Below are positions 1 to 12,440 of a DNA stretch of 64,000 nucleotides, one piece after another. Location of the stretch: positions 102,920,001 to 102,984,000 of the forward strand of contig NC_042999.1 of assembly GCF_006345805.1 (NCBI RefSeq), given 5' to 3'. Numbering within the stretch: position 1 is the stretch's first letter; every line of letters starts with the position of its first letter. This DNA comes from Octopus sinensis (lineage: Eukaryota). The position numbers and the translations under genes were made by a program. The notes under the pieces were generated by a model. The model was not told the DNA's origin and made no database searches. It saw only the letters and a program-made list of their open reading frames with translations.

Positions 1-638
1 TCCAAAGTACACGTTGTGTTGATCATACGTTGTTTGGTATACTCCAGAGTGTCCGACGTGTCGCAAATCTCTATGGTGTACTATAAGCAAATGAATAATA
101 ACAAATGGTGGTTAAATGTCAGCGCATTACGACTGTTTCTTACGCTTTTTTAAATACAAGAATAAGTACATTACATTACTTCAAAAAACCGTAATCATCA
201 AATGAAACATAATTTCAAATCAATAGCATATCCCAAGAACACAGCAGTAACATGCCTGAAACCAGCCGAAGCTGAGCACGAAATGGGAGAAAAACCAACA
301 AAAATTGGCTGTTATGAGCATTAGTGGGGTACGGTGAGAAGAGATAATATGATATTTATGGTCAGTGTCCAGGGGCAGAAGCAGTGAATTGAGAATGGAG
401 AAGCTGCTAAGGCAATTTTAGTGTAGTTTGTTATAATAGGATTAAAAAAGTGTGTAGCAGGAATGAATCAAAGAAAGAAAAGACAAATAGATAAATATAC
501 ATGTGTGTATTAATCTTCAGAATACTCTGATCACTCGTTTCATGAACCATCTTTTTTTACCCAATGAACGAAGATTTCCGGATCACAGATCAACTGACCA
601 GCAGCATAACATAATCTTACTATTATAGTAAAAAATTA

Positions 639-695
639 CACATTGAATGCATGCACATTGAGTGCATGCACATTGAGTGCATGCACATTGAGTGC
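639..695. repeat. 15-bp minisatellite (CATTGAGTGCATGCA) x~3.7
   Basis: Copies at 641, 656, 671 and a partial at 686, read directly. Confidence 0.9.
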
Positions 696-820
696 TTTTT
701 GTCATATATGTATGCACACATATGAAAATATTTACATCTATCTATCCATCTATCTGTGTGTCTGTCTATATATCTAATCATCGGTCAATCTGGCTGTCTA
801 TTTCTCTCTGTCTCTCTCTG

Positions 821-1195
<375 letters not shown>

Positions 1196-1899
1196 TCTTT
1201 ATACGTTTATACGTATACACTTATATTAATATATTACCATTATTTTTTTTAGGTGACACAAAGTTCTGAGAGAAAGCTAACAATTCCCCAGACCAAGCCG
1301 AAATCTTTTGATGAGTGATGCTGGCAGTTGTTGAAACTTGTATTTTTTCCCCCTTTCCAATAATAAAATACTGTTGGCACCACAAAATGGTATCTAACTC
1401 TGTGAACCTATTAGTATTGTATATCTCATGCGAGACTATATACGAATAAGAATATGTACATATTTAAGTATTGGCGAATCGTTGTATGCGGCAAGGAATA
1501 TGCGTGTGTTTATGGATGTAACGTAATTTACGTGGATTGGCGTGCATATGCATGTGTGAGTGTTTGTGTTCATAATCTGTCTGTGTTTGTATGTATGTGT
1601 ATGTGTGTGGAGCGGTTCTTTTTATTTCACTGTCAATGTCCATGTCTTATTGTGTATGTTCAGTACATAATCACACACACACGCGCGCGCGCGCGTGTGC
1701 ACACACCGCTATTACGTCTGTTTTTTTTTTCTTTTAAAAGGTTTCTGTATGCTAATATTGTTTCTTTCTCTATGTATTTTTTTAAATGAGAATTAAGACA
1801 TGGAAGATATATGGTAGAATCTATGCATCTAACCTTAGACTACTACAATTGATACAATATTAACACTTTATACACACCCACACACCCACACCACATACA

Positions 1900-2435
1900 C
1901 ACTCACGCACACATATATACATACATATATATTTCTACACACACGCACATATGTATGTGTGTGTGCGCAATTTAATATATATTTATGTGTGTGTGTGTGT
2001 GCGTGTATCTTATGCATGTTTACGCACTCACACATATATACATACATATATATTTCCACACACACGCACATACACACATGCACATATATATATGTGTGTG
2101 TGTGTGCGCAATTTAATGTATATTTGTGTGTGTGTGTGCGTGTATCATATGCATGTTTACACACTCACACATATATACATACACATATATTTCCACACAC
2201 ACGCACATATACACATGCACATATATATATATGTATGTGTGTGTGCGCAATTTAATGTATATTTGTGTGTGTATGTGTGCGTGTATCATATGCATGTTTA
2301 CACACTCAAACATATATACATACATACATATTTCCACACACACGCACATACACACATGCACATATATATATATATGTGTGTGCAATTTAATGTATATTTG
2401 TGTGTGTGTGTGCGTGTGTGTATCTTATGCATGTT
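1900..2435. repeat. ~140-bp minisatellite (~4 copies) built from degenerate CA/TG/TA microsatellite
   Basis: Anchor GCAATTTAAT recurs near 1967, 2108, 2247 and 2382. Confidence 0.85.
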
Positions 2436-2939
2436 TAAGTATGTGACGACATTTGCGATAGCATTAACATTTAGCCTGTGCTTAAGTGTAATTGTGTCTA
2501 TCTTCGATATTGTTCAGTTCTTTAGTCGGTTAAAACAGCCATGTTTTGTACCCAGGCTGCAGCACCTTTCATAAATGTAGCATAAAAGGAAGTGTTCGTC
2601 TTAAGTGTTCTTGCCAGAGGAAAGTACTGAAGTGAAGTTGAAGCATTTCCAAAGGGCATTTTGCTAATACATTGAAGTATTTTCGCCAGTAGCCATCCTG
2701 CTAGTCCTAGACTGTTATCGCGTGCTTATGTGTAGTGCGCGCGCACCCGTATATGTGTGCATATGTGTGTGTGTGTGTGTGCGCGCGCGTGCGTGTGCGT
2801 GTGTGTATGTGTATTGTTCTTATGTGTGAATATTCCTGTTCGAGGATAAGTGTTTGCAGATATATTTATGTACCGGAATTATATTTATCTTTATGAAGAG
2901 TGCATTGAATTGATCTGTATCTGTTTATTTCTCTATCTA

Positions 2940-3147
2940 CGAAGAGGTACGGAAAAGTTCCTGGCTTTGGGTAAAAGAAAATACAGGAGATTCAGCTAAT
3001 TATGATTTAATTCAACGTAATTCCCTCTCAGATACACTGGAGCAGTCCTTCAGTTTTTCTAAGCCCTTTAAAAGAACTCGGAAGTTTGGGTCTCCAACCT
3101 GGCATTTCACAGTACCCTTAAAACCAGGAACTGTTCAGCACTCCTCG
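2940..3147. mobile_element. Mariner-type MITE (~208 bp)
   Basis: Left end TA|CGAAGAGGTACGGAAAAGTTCCTGG and right end CCAGGAACTGTTCAGCACTCCTCG|TA form imperfect TIRs with a TA target duplication. Confidence 0.8.
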
Positions 3148-3546
3148 TAATCCCATTAATCCATGTACCAGTCGGTAAATATCTGTCTATATATATGCAT
3201 AAACCTATATATGAATGCATTTACACATAATTGCTTACGTAAGCGTCATTATCGCGTATATCGACATCAGATAACTTTTATGTTATTCTGTAGACGTTAA
3301 TGTAAAACTCAGCGTCAGAACTACCTTCATTTCCAGGAATTATTTAGATATCATGTAAGATCTAATTACAGGTATGTACTATCCTTATGGAAATCCAAAT
3401 GAATAATTACTATATATATTAACTGATATTAACCATCAACCTACAATCCTATAAAAATGGAGCCAACAACTTAGCAGGAGAATATATTATATACCATTAG
3501 GTATAACCTACTTAATATACTATACTGAAAAAATTACAAGCACAAG

Positions 3547-3581
<35 letters not shown>

Positions 3582-3583
<2 letters not shown>

Positions 3584-3959
3584 CGTAGGAGTGGATGTGT
3601 GGTAAGTAGCTTGATTACGAACCACATTGTTCCGGGTTCAGTCCCACTGTGTGGCACCTTGGCCAAGTGTCTTCTACTATAGCATCGGGCCGACCAAAGC
3701 CTTGTGAGTGAATTTGGTAGACGGAAACTGAAAAGAAGCCCGTCGTATATATGTATGTGTATGTGTTTGTGTGTCCATTGCTTGTCAACCGATGCTGCAG
3801 TGTTTACGTCCCCGTAACTTAACGGTTCGGTAAAAGAGACCGATAGAATAAGTACTAGGCTTACAATGAATAAGTCCTGGGGTCGATTTGCTCGACTAAA
3901 AGGCGGTGCTCCAGCATGGCCGCAGTCAAATGACTGAAACAAGTAAAAGAGTAAAAGAG
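3582..3959 (+). mobile_element. tRNA-derived SINE, family A (CORE-like head), near full length
   Basis: A-box-like TGGATGTGTGG, B-box-like GGTTCAGTCC, CORE-like GGCACCTTGGCCAAGTG, internal TATG tract, tail GAAACAAGTAAAAGAG. Homologous copies at 31145, 31662 and 47908. Confidence 0.85.
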
Positions 3960-4955
3960 TATATATATATATGTATACACGTATGCATATATATATGTAT
4001 ATGTACATGCTTATATGTTTATGCACATATATGTAAATATATCTATTTATGTATCTATGTTTATATGTACACACCCACGTCGTTTATAAATTATTTGAAA
4101 ACATAAATGTAGCATCCAACAAACCAAAAATGGTTTAGTGACAGGACAAGAAGTTTTCGATGCAAACAACTGTCACTAACTGTTCAATAAAACGACCCAA
4201 TATTTAGTTATAATTGTATGGAAAGTATCGTGACTATGATAATTTGAAGAAATAGAAGTAAACACAATACAACTATGAATAAGGGGTCGAAGCCAAATGT
4301 CAAAATACACTATAGTAACACATCCAGTATACTGGAGAGTAAATGGCTCACAAAGAAAGTTACGTATGCCAAAAATACTATTCAATTGTAATCATATGAC
4401 ATCGAATGTAATTATGATGGGTGTTTAGAAAGTACATTTAATAGTAGGCATAAATATGCGTTTATTCTTTCTAAATAACAGACAAAAAAAATTCCATTTC
4501 AGTATAACACCTCAGGTAATCGGAGGTTGATTGCAAACTAAAATTGATGTCATTCAACTAGGCAGATAAATATGTAACAACTTTAGATTTCGGTTTGAAT
4601 AGATATCCTTTATACTTGACCAAAAAGTTCAACTCCATCTTGAAAACTTTTAAATGTATAAACGAGCAACGAAGACATGTTTCAAAATAAAGAATTTATA
4701 AAGGTTTCCTTCATTTTTCGGACTGCATAGTATGATACCTGCAGTGAAAGCTGAACGTTACTAAACTATTCTTCATCGTGACAATACATAATTAATTTGT
4801 TTCACAAAAGCCAGGACTTAACAAAATCAAATAAATGGAAAAAGGGTACGAAAAGAGACATGCTATGCGCATAGAGAAAACAATTCAGTCACCTTTCACA
4901 TTGAGAAACGGGTAAGGGACAAGACCAATAGAATAGCGAAAGAATTTAGCTTCGA

Positions 4956-4986
<31 letters not shown>

Positions 4987-5338
4987 TGTATGTATGTATG
5001 TATGTATGTATGTATGTATGTATGTGTGTATGTATGTATGTATGTATGTATGTGTGAGTGAGTGAGTGGGTATGTGTGCTTGTGTGTATGCATGGATGAA
5101 TGGTTACGCAAACATATATGACATTCACTAGCCATTTTTGTACGTATGCATCCACACTGTCTATGTTGGTGAATATTAATTAATATTATTTCTCAAATTT
5201 CTATATGTTTGTCTGTTTACTACGGTGTGCATTTGTGTATACATAACTCGAGAAGTTTAGCCTATATATATATATATATATATACCGATATATATATATA
5301 TTATATATATATATATATATGTATACTGATAAAAGTAT

Positions 5339-5376
<38 letters not shown>

Positions 5377-5387
<11 letters not shown>

Positions 5388-5533
5388 ATTCGAGACAAAA
5401 CCACTATTTTAAAACCAAACAAGGAAAGACTTAATCAATACATAAAATTTAATATATTAAAATTTTATGTATTGATTAAGTCTTTCCTTGTTTGGTTTTA
5501 AAATAGTGGTTTTGTCTCGAATTATATTATATA
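5377..5533. repeat. Near-perfect ~157-bp palindrome with no loop
   Basis: Arms of ~78 bp mirror around 5454/5455 with one extra A in the right arm. Confidence 0.9.
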
Positions 5534-6627
5534 ATATGTTACTATAAAATTGGATTTAACCCTAAATCTGATTTTTCCCTGTAATTTTGGATTCATTCCC
5601 TAATATTTATTATTATATATATATATACTTCTATGTTTATATAAATATATGTATATATATACATACGTATTCATACATATATGTGCGTGTGTGGGTGTGT
5701 ATGTGTGTGCGTGCGCGTGTCTGAGAGTGCATATGTGTGTGCTTGCATGCTTTATGCAACATTATGATTCTGTATTGGTTTATGCTATGCCTGGAGAGAA
5801 GGCAAAATAAAATGATCACTGAGTATTAACATTTTTATGTATGAAAAAAGAAATTTATTCATACACTTCGCTATCAATCGTCATAAAATATGATTTATTC
5901 TACACCATATTCACACGTATGTATAAGGAAACAGACGCACTTAATATATGTATGCGTGGGTATATATATATTTATATATATATATGTATGTATACATATA
6001 TATATATATACACATATATATATGCATATATATATATATATGTATATGTGCATGTGTGCGTGTGCATGTATATATATATATATATATATATATACGTGTA
6101 TATATGTGTGTGTATGTGTGTGTGTGTACGAGCTTATATATATATATATATATATCGTGGAAAAATCTTACGCAAAATTCTCTATTATGTCGGCCACTGA
6201 TTTCTCGTATAATAAGGCATAATAATATACACCTCAGTCCGTTCTTTGATTATAAGAGCCATATGTGCATACTTACATATGTAAATATATACATACATAA
6301 TACGTGCATACGTGCCTGCATACTTACATCTAATTATCGAGATATCCATATATACCTGGAAAAGCGTACGTACGCCTAAGCAGAGTAAAATGCCTTTATA
6401 TATTTACTGACTCTAATAAATTCATATGCATTTATTTGTGACCTTCTTTACTCACTTTCTCTCCTGCCCTTCCTCCTCCCATACATACATACATATAATA
6501 TACATGAGGGGAAAGAGATTGTGCATATACACATATATATATATACACACACACTAAATATATACATATATATATATACATATACATATACATATATATA
6601 CATATATACATATATACATACATGTAT

Positions 6628-6668
<41 letters not shown>

Positions 6669-7137
6669 CACATATATATATACACACACATATATATACA
6701 CATATATATAAACACACACACATATATACATATATATATATGTATGTATGTGTGTGTTTGTGAGTATGTGTGCGTGTATGTGTATATCCATACGCACATT
6801 TAGATATTTACATGTACTCTCTACTCCTAGTTTGATATATTTATATAAAACATTCCTGAGTTTATTTGCATAAAGTAAAATATTTTCCATACATAAGAAA
6901 ATGAAAAACAGTTTTTGGGATAATATGAACGTGTATTACCGAATTCTACGATATCATATAAATGCTCAGCCGAAACGGAAAGAGTATATTTGTATTTTAT
7001 TTTAATCTATCGTAAAAAAATTTCTTTAATGTTGACACACACACACACGCACTCATATGTACACAGAAATATATCCATCTACGAAGGTATGTATGTATGT
7101 ATGTATGTATGTATGTATGTATGTATGTATGTATGTA

Positions 7138-7178
<41 letters not shown>

Positions 7179-7249
7179 TATTATATATATATATATATAT
7201 ATAATATATATATATATATATGGATCAAAACAGTTTGATTCAAATTCGT

Positions 7250-7290
7250 TGGTACGCTTGAGTTTCAAGCGTGATGCTAGTCATCAGCCA
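7250..7290 (-). ncRNA. Minimal/degenerate type I hammerhead ribozyme in the PLE terminal repeat
   Basis: Minus strand TGG-CTGATGA-ctAGCatcacGCTt-GAAAC-tcaagc-GTA-CCA. Stem I 3 bp, stem II 3 bp, stem III 2 bp. Confidence 0.5.
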
Positions 7291-9582
7291 TTTTCAATTC
7301 GAATGACAGAAGTTGATTATTTTTTCCGTAAGGTGGGTTGCGATTGGTCGAGGAAAGTCACGCGGTGTCGTGGATTGATGCTGGGAAACGGGTAAGTGTT
7401 AGTTGAAAATCACTGCTTGGTGAAGAGGAAATTGGCCACGAGGAGGACAGGAAATAGAGTAAGTGGTAATTAGAAATCGGTTAGGTCGTTGAGGGGAAGT
7501 AGAAAGAGGCGGCATGTACAAGGATATAGTTCTATATGTGTGCAGACGCGCTTTATACAGTGTTGCGTGCATGTGTATATTGTTGTCAATGTACGCATCT
7601 GCACATCGGCGCACAGCGCGCACGTCTGCACACACACACAAACACACACACACACACACGCACACACACATACACACACACACATACACACACAAACACA
7701 CACACACATGCGCTTGGACGAACAAGCATGCGTATACACGCACACACATACATGCGCGCTCATTCACATGTATATCCGCATGCAGGTAAGCATGCATACC
7801 AGTTTGCGTGCCCAGACGCATGCGCGTGCACTCGTAGGCGCGCATGCAGAGTAACAGCTGCTGCTGAGGCGGTATATCCGGGTTGTTAGCAGTCAGAGGC
7901 CTGTAAATTGCTAGAAGGGCATATCTCTGGTGACAGCAATACGATAAACCGTATTTGTTGTTGATGGATACTGCGGATTGTTGGAAGATATGCAGTTTTT
8001 TGCGGAGGCAGAGCTGGCAGTTGGGGCACCGGGTGAATATGGTGACGCTCTGTCGACAATAGTCCACTTGATGTTGGGTATTTCATCTCGTAGATCACGG
8101 AGTCTCCAGAGAAAACGAGACAGGAAAGTAGAGTTCTCTCCGTCCCTAGATCTGAACGAGTGCATATGCTGAGAATAGCTTCCTTTGAATTCATTAGCTA
8201 TTAATGGCATCTGATGGTGTAAGGGTAGCTCTGTATACTACGGCCCTTGAGAGACAAGATCCTGCTAGAGGGCGCATGGTGGGGTTTAGAGTCAGGGGTA
8301 GTGTAGGTGCATTTTTACGTCTGTTGATGCGTGCGATGTTAGATTCGATGTCATCTAAGCAGGGAGTAGTTCACCTTGATATTATGGGCTTTGAAGAGTT
8401 TGTAATACTTATGGCCTCTGGGGAAGTGTTTCTTAATTAACGTCAGGTAGCCCCTAGCTAAGTTATTGGAAATTTCTAGGTTAAAAGGAGGGTGGGGGTT
8501 ATACCATATAATTTTCCTACTCCCAATCCTTTTAGGGTGAGAAGAGAGTGTTTGGAGTTTGTCCACATACGTGAGCTTCTCAGTAAACCTGTTCCTATCC
8601 AAAGCATCGTTGTAGTGGGGGCGGCCCTGTTAAACATCTCTCTATTAGCCGAGTGATTAAATTGCCGTTTACTAATGCCTGGAAAAAAGTCTTCTAATTA
8701 AAGCGGGGGGGGGGAGCTCTTGTGGATGTATACTGTATCTTCGTTAGGCTTCCTGAGCGGGTAATAATCTCCCGTTCTGAGGTCGAAGATTACATCCAAG
8801 AAATCGAATGTAGTTCGGTTGGTGGTAACCATTATGGAAAGGCCGAAGTCCTTAAACATTTTTGTTAAGACCTTCCCGAGCTTGTCCATGACGTGGCCAT
8901 TCATATGGCTTGAGATAGCCAGACCATCGTCCCTATAGAGAGCCGACCTATGGGTACGTCTCTTGAGGTTATCCACGATATATAACTCGACGCATACTAA
9001 TCCCCAAACGCTTACCAATTCCCAACACTTGTTTTGAGCGTGTAAACTCACGCACGCGTTAGTGTGAATGCACATGTGCACGCATACACTGGTATGCATG
9101 CGTACATGCATGCGATTATACACATGTACATATGAATGAATACGCATGTGTGCATATGTGCGTATGCGTGTGTATGTGTGTGCGTGTGCGTGCCTACGTG
9201 TTCGTCCAAGCACGTGTGTGTGTATGTGTGCATATGTTCAAAGTGCGCGTGTGTGCCCATGTACAAATGCCCACACAAGCATCAATATACACATGCACGT
9301 AAAACTATATGAGTGCGTCTGAACACCCACATATAGAACTATATACTTGCACATGCCACCCCTTCCCTTCTTACCTTCCCCTCCCCAAAAAGCTGACCGA
9401 TTTCTAATCGCCACATGCTCTATTTCTTGTCCTCTACGTGATCAATTTCTTCTTCGCCTTGCGGTATTTTCCAACTGTTACCCATTTACCAACATCAAAC
9501 CACGACACCGCGTGACTTTCCTCGACCATTCGCAGCCCACCTTACGGTTATAGCAATCAACTTCTGTCATTCAAATTCAAAA

Positions 9583-9623
9583 TGACTGACGAATGGCATC
9601 ACGCGTGAAACTCAAGTGTAGCA
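9583..9623 (+). ncRNA. Decayed hammerhead motif (inverted partner of 7250-7290)
   Basis: CTGACGA...GAAAC-tcaagt-GTA core is retained, but stem I pairing is lost. Confidence 0.35.
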
Positions 9624-9649
9624 ACGGATTTGAATCAAACTGTTTTAAT

Positions 9650-9714
<65 letters not shown>

Positions 9715-9719
<5 letters not shown>

Positions 9720-10170
9720 AAAAAATAAGTTTGAAAACGCCACTATGTTAGATAAATTTTAATTTTCTTAGAAATTTTACATATTTCGGTTCTTGAAAAA
9801 ACGAACCTTATCAAAAATATTTTAAAAAGTTAAGTGTAATAGAAAAGTTCATATTTGTTTCTTACTGGTCTCAATAGAATCCATGTAGTGGTGTTTTGTC
9901 GGTAGTAGGTATAATAGCTATAAATTTCAAGTTGAGTGTAATAAAAAAGTTCATAATTGTTTCTTACTGGTCTCAACAGGATCCATGTAGTTGTTTTTTA
10001 GCTGTCTTATGTGTTCGAATGACCCGCCAATTATGAACTTTTCTATTACACTTAACTTTTTAAAATATTTTTGATAAGGTTCGTTTTTTCAAGAACCGAA
10101 ACATGTAAAATTTCTAAGAAAATTAAAATTTATCTAATATAGTGGCGTTTTCAAACTTCTTTTTTACAAA
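9715..10170. mobile_element. Foldback/MITE element with ~138-bp TIRs inserted in (TA)n
   Basis: 9715-9853 is the reverse complement of ~10031-10170. Internal ~57-bp direct repeat at ~9833 and ~9935. Confidence 0.85.
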
Positions 10171-10214
10171 TATATACCAACTCGTATACGATCTACACTT
10201 ATTATAAATATATA

Positions 10215-10350
<136 letters not shown>

Positions 10351-10549
10351 TATATATAGTAATACTAAGCAATAAAGGGTTTAGCAACGAATTGCCTTAC
10401 CACATACCGAATTTAGAAATAGCAGTCAAAGAGTTATACCTATTTCTTCTACTAAAAAGGGAGATCTCAGTAAAAACAGCAATTGGAAGGCAGACACAAA
10501 CAGGTAAGAGGGAATGAATTGACGGCAATCTATCATAATTTTTAAGTTA

Positions 10550-10656
10550 TCTACGGACGTACGTTTCGAAATCAAGTTTTTAGGAAAGCATAAGAATTAA
10601 ATATTAAATATTAAATAATTCTATCTTACCGAAACTTCTTTTCTCTTCAGCGTAGA
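10550..10656 (-). ncRNA. Type I hammerhead ribozyme, monomer 1
   Basis: Same sequence as 11617-11723, on the opposite strand. Confidence 0.8.
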
Positions 10657-11145
10657 ATACTATAATCATAAATGATTATATATTGAATTTTGAGATACTA
10701 GAAGGCACCAACTCAACTCAGTATCAGAGCGAGCTAGAATCCGCAACTAGTATCACCGAATTCAATTTGTGAATGAAACGATTGTGTCACCAGCCCCCTC
10801 CCACCCGCGTGTAGCCAAAACAAGATGCTGGTCATCTACTGAGATAAAATATGGTTATCCGTAATAATGAAGGTGAAATTAATTAATTTGGAATAATTAT
10901 CAATTACACCAAGTAGTCTTCGGCATGTAAAAGCCTCATTCGAGGAAAATTTAAGTAATACTAAGCAATAAGGGTTTAGCAACGAATTGCCTTACCACAT
11001 ACCGAATTTAGAAATAGCAGTCAAAGAGTTATAGCTATTTCTTCTACTAAAAAGGGAGATCTCAGTAAAAACAGCAATTGGAAGGCAGACACAAACAGGT
11101 AAGAGGGAATGAATTGACGGCAATCTATCATACATTTTTAAGTTA

Positions 11146-11251
11146 TCTACGGACGTACGTTTCGAAATCAAGTTTTTAGGAAAGCATAAGAATTAAATAT
11201 TAAATATTAATAATTCTATCTTACCGAAACTTCTTTTCTCTTCAGCGTAGA
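11146..11251 (-). ncRNA. Type I hammerhead ribozyme, monomer 2
   Basis: As monomer 1, with a 1-nt deletion in the stem II loop. Confidence 0.8.
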
Positions 11252-11616
11252 ATACTATAATCATAAATGATTATATATTGAATTTTGAGATACTAGAAGG
11301 CACCAACTCAACTCAGTATCAGAGCGAGCTAGAATCCGCAACTAGTATCACCGAATTCAATTTGTGAATGAAACGATTGTGTCACCAGCCCCCTCCCACC
11401 CTTCATTATTACGGATAACCATATTTTATCTCAGTAGATGACCAGCATCTTGTTTTGGCTACACGCGGGTGGGAGGGGGCTGGTGACACAATCGTTTCAT
11501 TCACAAATTGAATTCGGTGATACTAGTTGCGGATTCTAGCTCGCTCTGATACTGAGTTGAGTTGGTGCCTTCTAGTATCTCAAAATTCAATATATAATCA
11601 TTTATGATTATAGTAT

Positions 11617-11723
11617 TCTACGCTGAAGAGAAAAGAAGTTTCGGTAAGATAGAATTATTTAATATTTAATATTTAATTCTTATGCTTTCCTAAAAACTTG
11701 ATTTCGAAACGTACGTCCGTAGA
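11617..11723 (+). ncRNA. Type I hammerhead ribozyme, inverted monomer
   Basis: TCTACG-CTGAAGA-[GAAAAGAAGTTT...AAACTTGATTTC]-GAAAC-GTAC-GTC-CGTAGA. 6-bp stem I, long stem II closed by G-C, palindromic helix III ACGTACGT, GUC cleavage triplet (cut after 11717). Confidence 0.82.
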
Positions 11724-12007
11724 TAACTTAAAATGTATGATAGATTGCCGTCAATTCATTCCCTCTTACCTGTTTGTGTCTGCCTTCCAATTGCTGTTTT
11801 TACTGAGATCTCCCTTTTTAGTAGAAGAAATAGCTATAACTCTTTGACTGCTATTTCTAAATTCGGTATGTGGTAAGGCAATTCGTTGCTAAACCCTTTA
11901 TTGCTTAGTATTACTTAAATTTTCCTCGAATGAGGCTTTTACATGCCGAAGTCTACTTGGTGTAATTGATAATTATTCCAAATTAATTAATTTCACCCTT
12001 CATTATT

Positions 12008-12082
<75 letters not shown>

Positions 12083-12173
12083 TCATATATGAATAAGATG
12101 CAGCCAGAGCTTTATAAACAGTATCGAAATACACATTCCACAAAGTATATGTTATGCTTTACCAGTTGGGCAG

Positions 12174-12440
12174 TCGGTTTCGGCCTTTAACAAAAGAATT
12201 ACTTACATAATTCAAATGTCCGTGGCCTCATCAGTACAATTCAGGAATTCTTTAGCGCGCCGGAACTAAGACATTTGAAATTTTATACCTAATGTAATCG
12301 GTAAAACTAAACACGTGTCTGTTTTGGCACAGGAAGCTGGGGTTAGTTTTGCGAATTGCATTTACATTGAACGATTGTACTGATGAGGCCACGGACATTT
12401 GAATTATGTAAGTAATTCTTTTGTTAAAGGTCGAAACCGA
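12174..12440. repeat. 67-bp inverted repeat (1 mismatch), 133-bp spacer
   Basis: 12174-12240 is the reverse complement of 12374-12440. Confidence 0.92.

Larger units (their letters stand above)
7221..9652 (-). mobile_element. Decayed 5'-truncated Penelope-like element (RT + C-terminal GIY-YIG, Naiad-like) with ~600-bp inverted terminal repeats
   Basis: Minus-strand peptides: ALYRDDGLAI and FDFLDVIFDLRTG (RT); RKIIWYNPHPPF...IKKHFPRGHKYYKLF (linker); NSTFLSRFLWRL...IKWTIVDRASPY and CQLCLRKKLHI (endonuclease C-terminus). 7221-~7840 is a diverged inverted copy of ~9045-9652. Flanked by (TA)n. Confidence 0.85.
10358..12013. repeat. 596-bp monomer array: ~1.75 direct copies followed by one full inverted, circularly permuted copy; retrozyme/pLTR-like
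   Basis: Period 596 (TCTACG at 10550 and 11146). The inverted copy 11401-12013 starts and ends with CTTCATTATTACGGATA. Bounded by (TA)n on both sides. Confidence 0.9.

Noticed and set aside
215-340. 31-codon open stretch YPKNTAVTCLKPAEAEHEMGEKPTKIGCYEH
   Set aside because: The acceptor lacks a pyrimidine tract, there is no good donor, and no protein is recognised.
2500-2700. ~58-codon open frame on the minus strand
   Set aside because: No credible splice sites or homology.
11920-11975. Second HHR-like motif in the 596-bp monomer (CGAATGA-GGC...GCC-GAAG)
   Set aside because: Core positions U4, G5 and A15.1 are non-canonical and helix III does not pair. At most a decayed relic.
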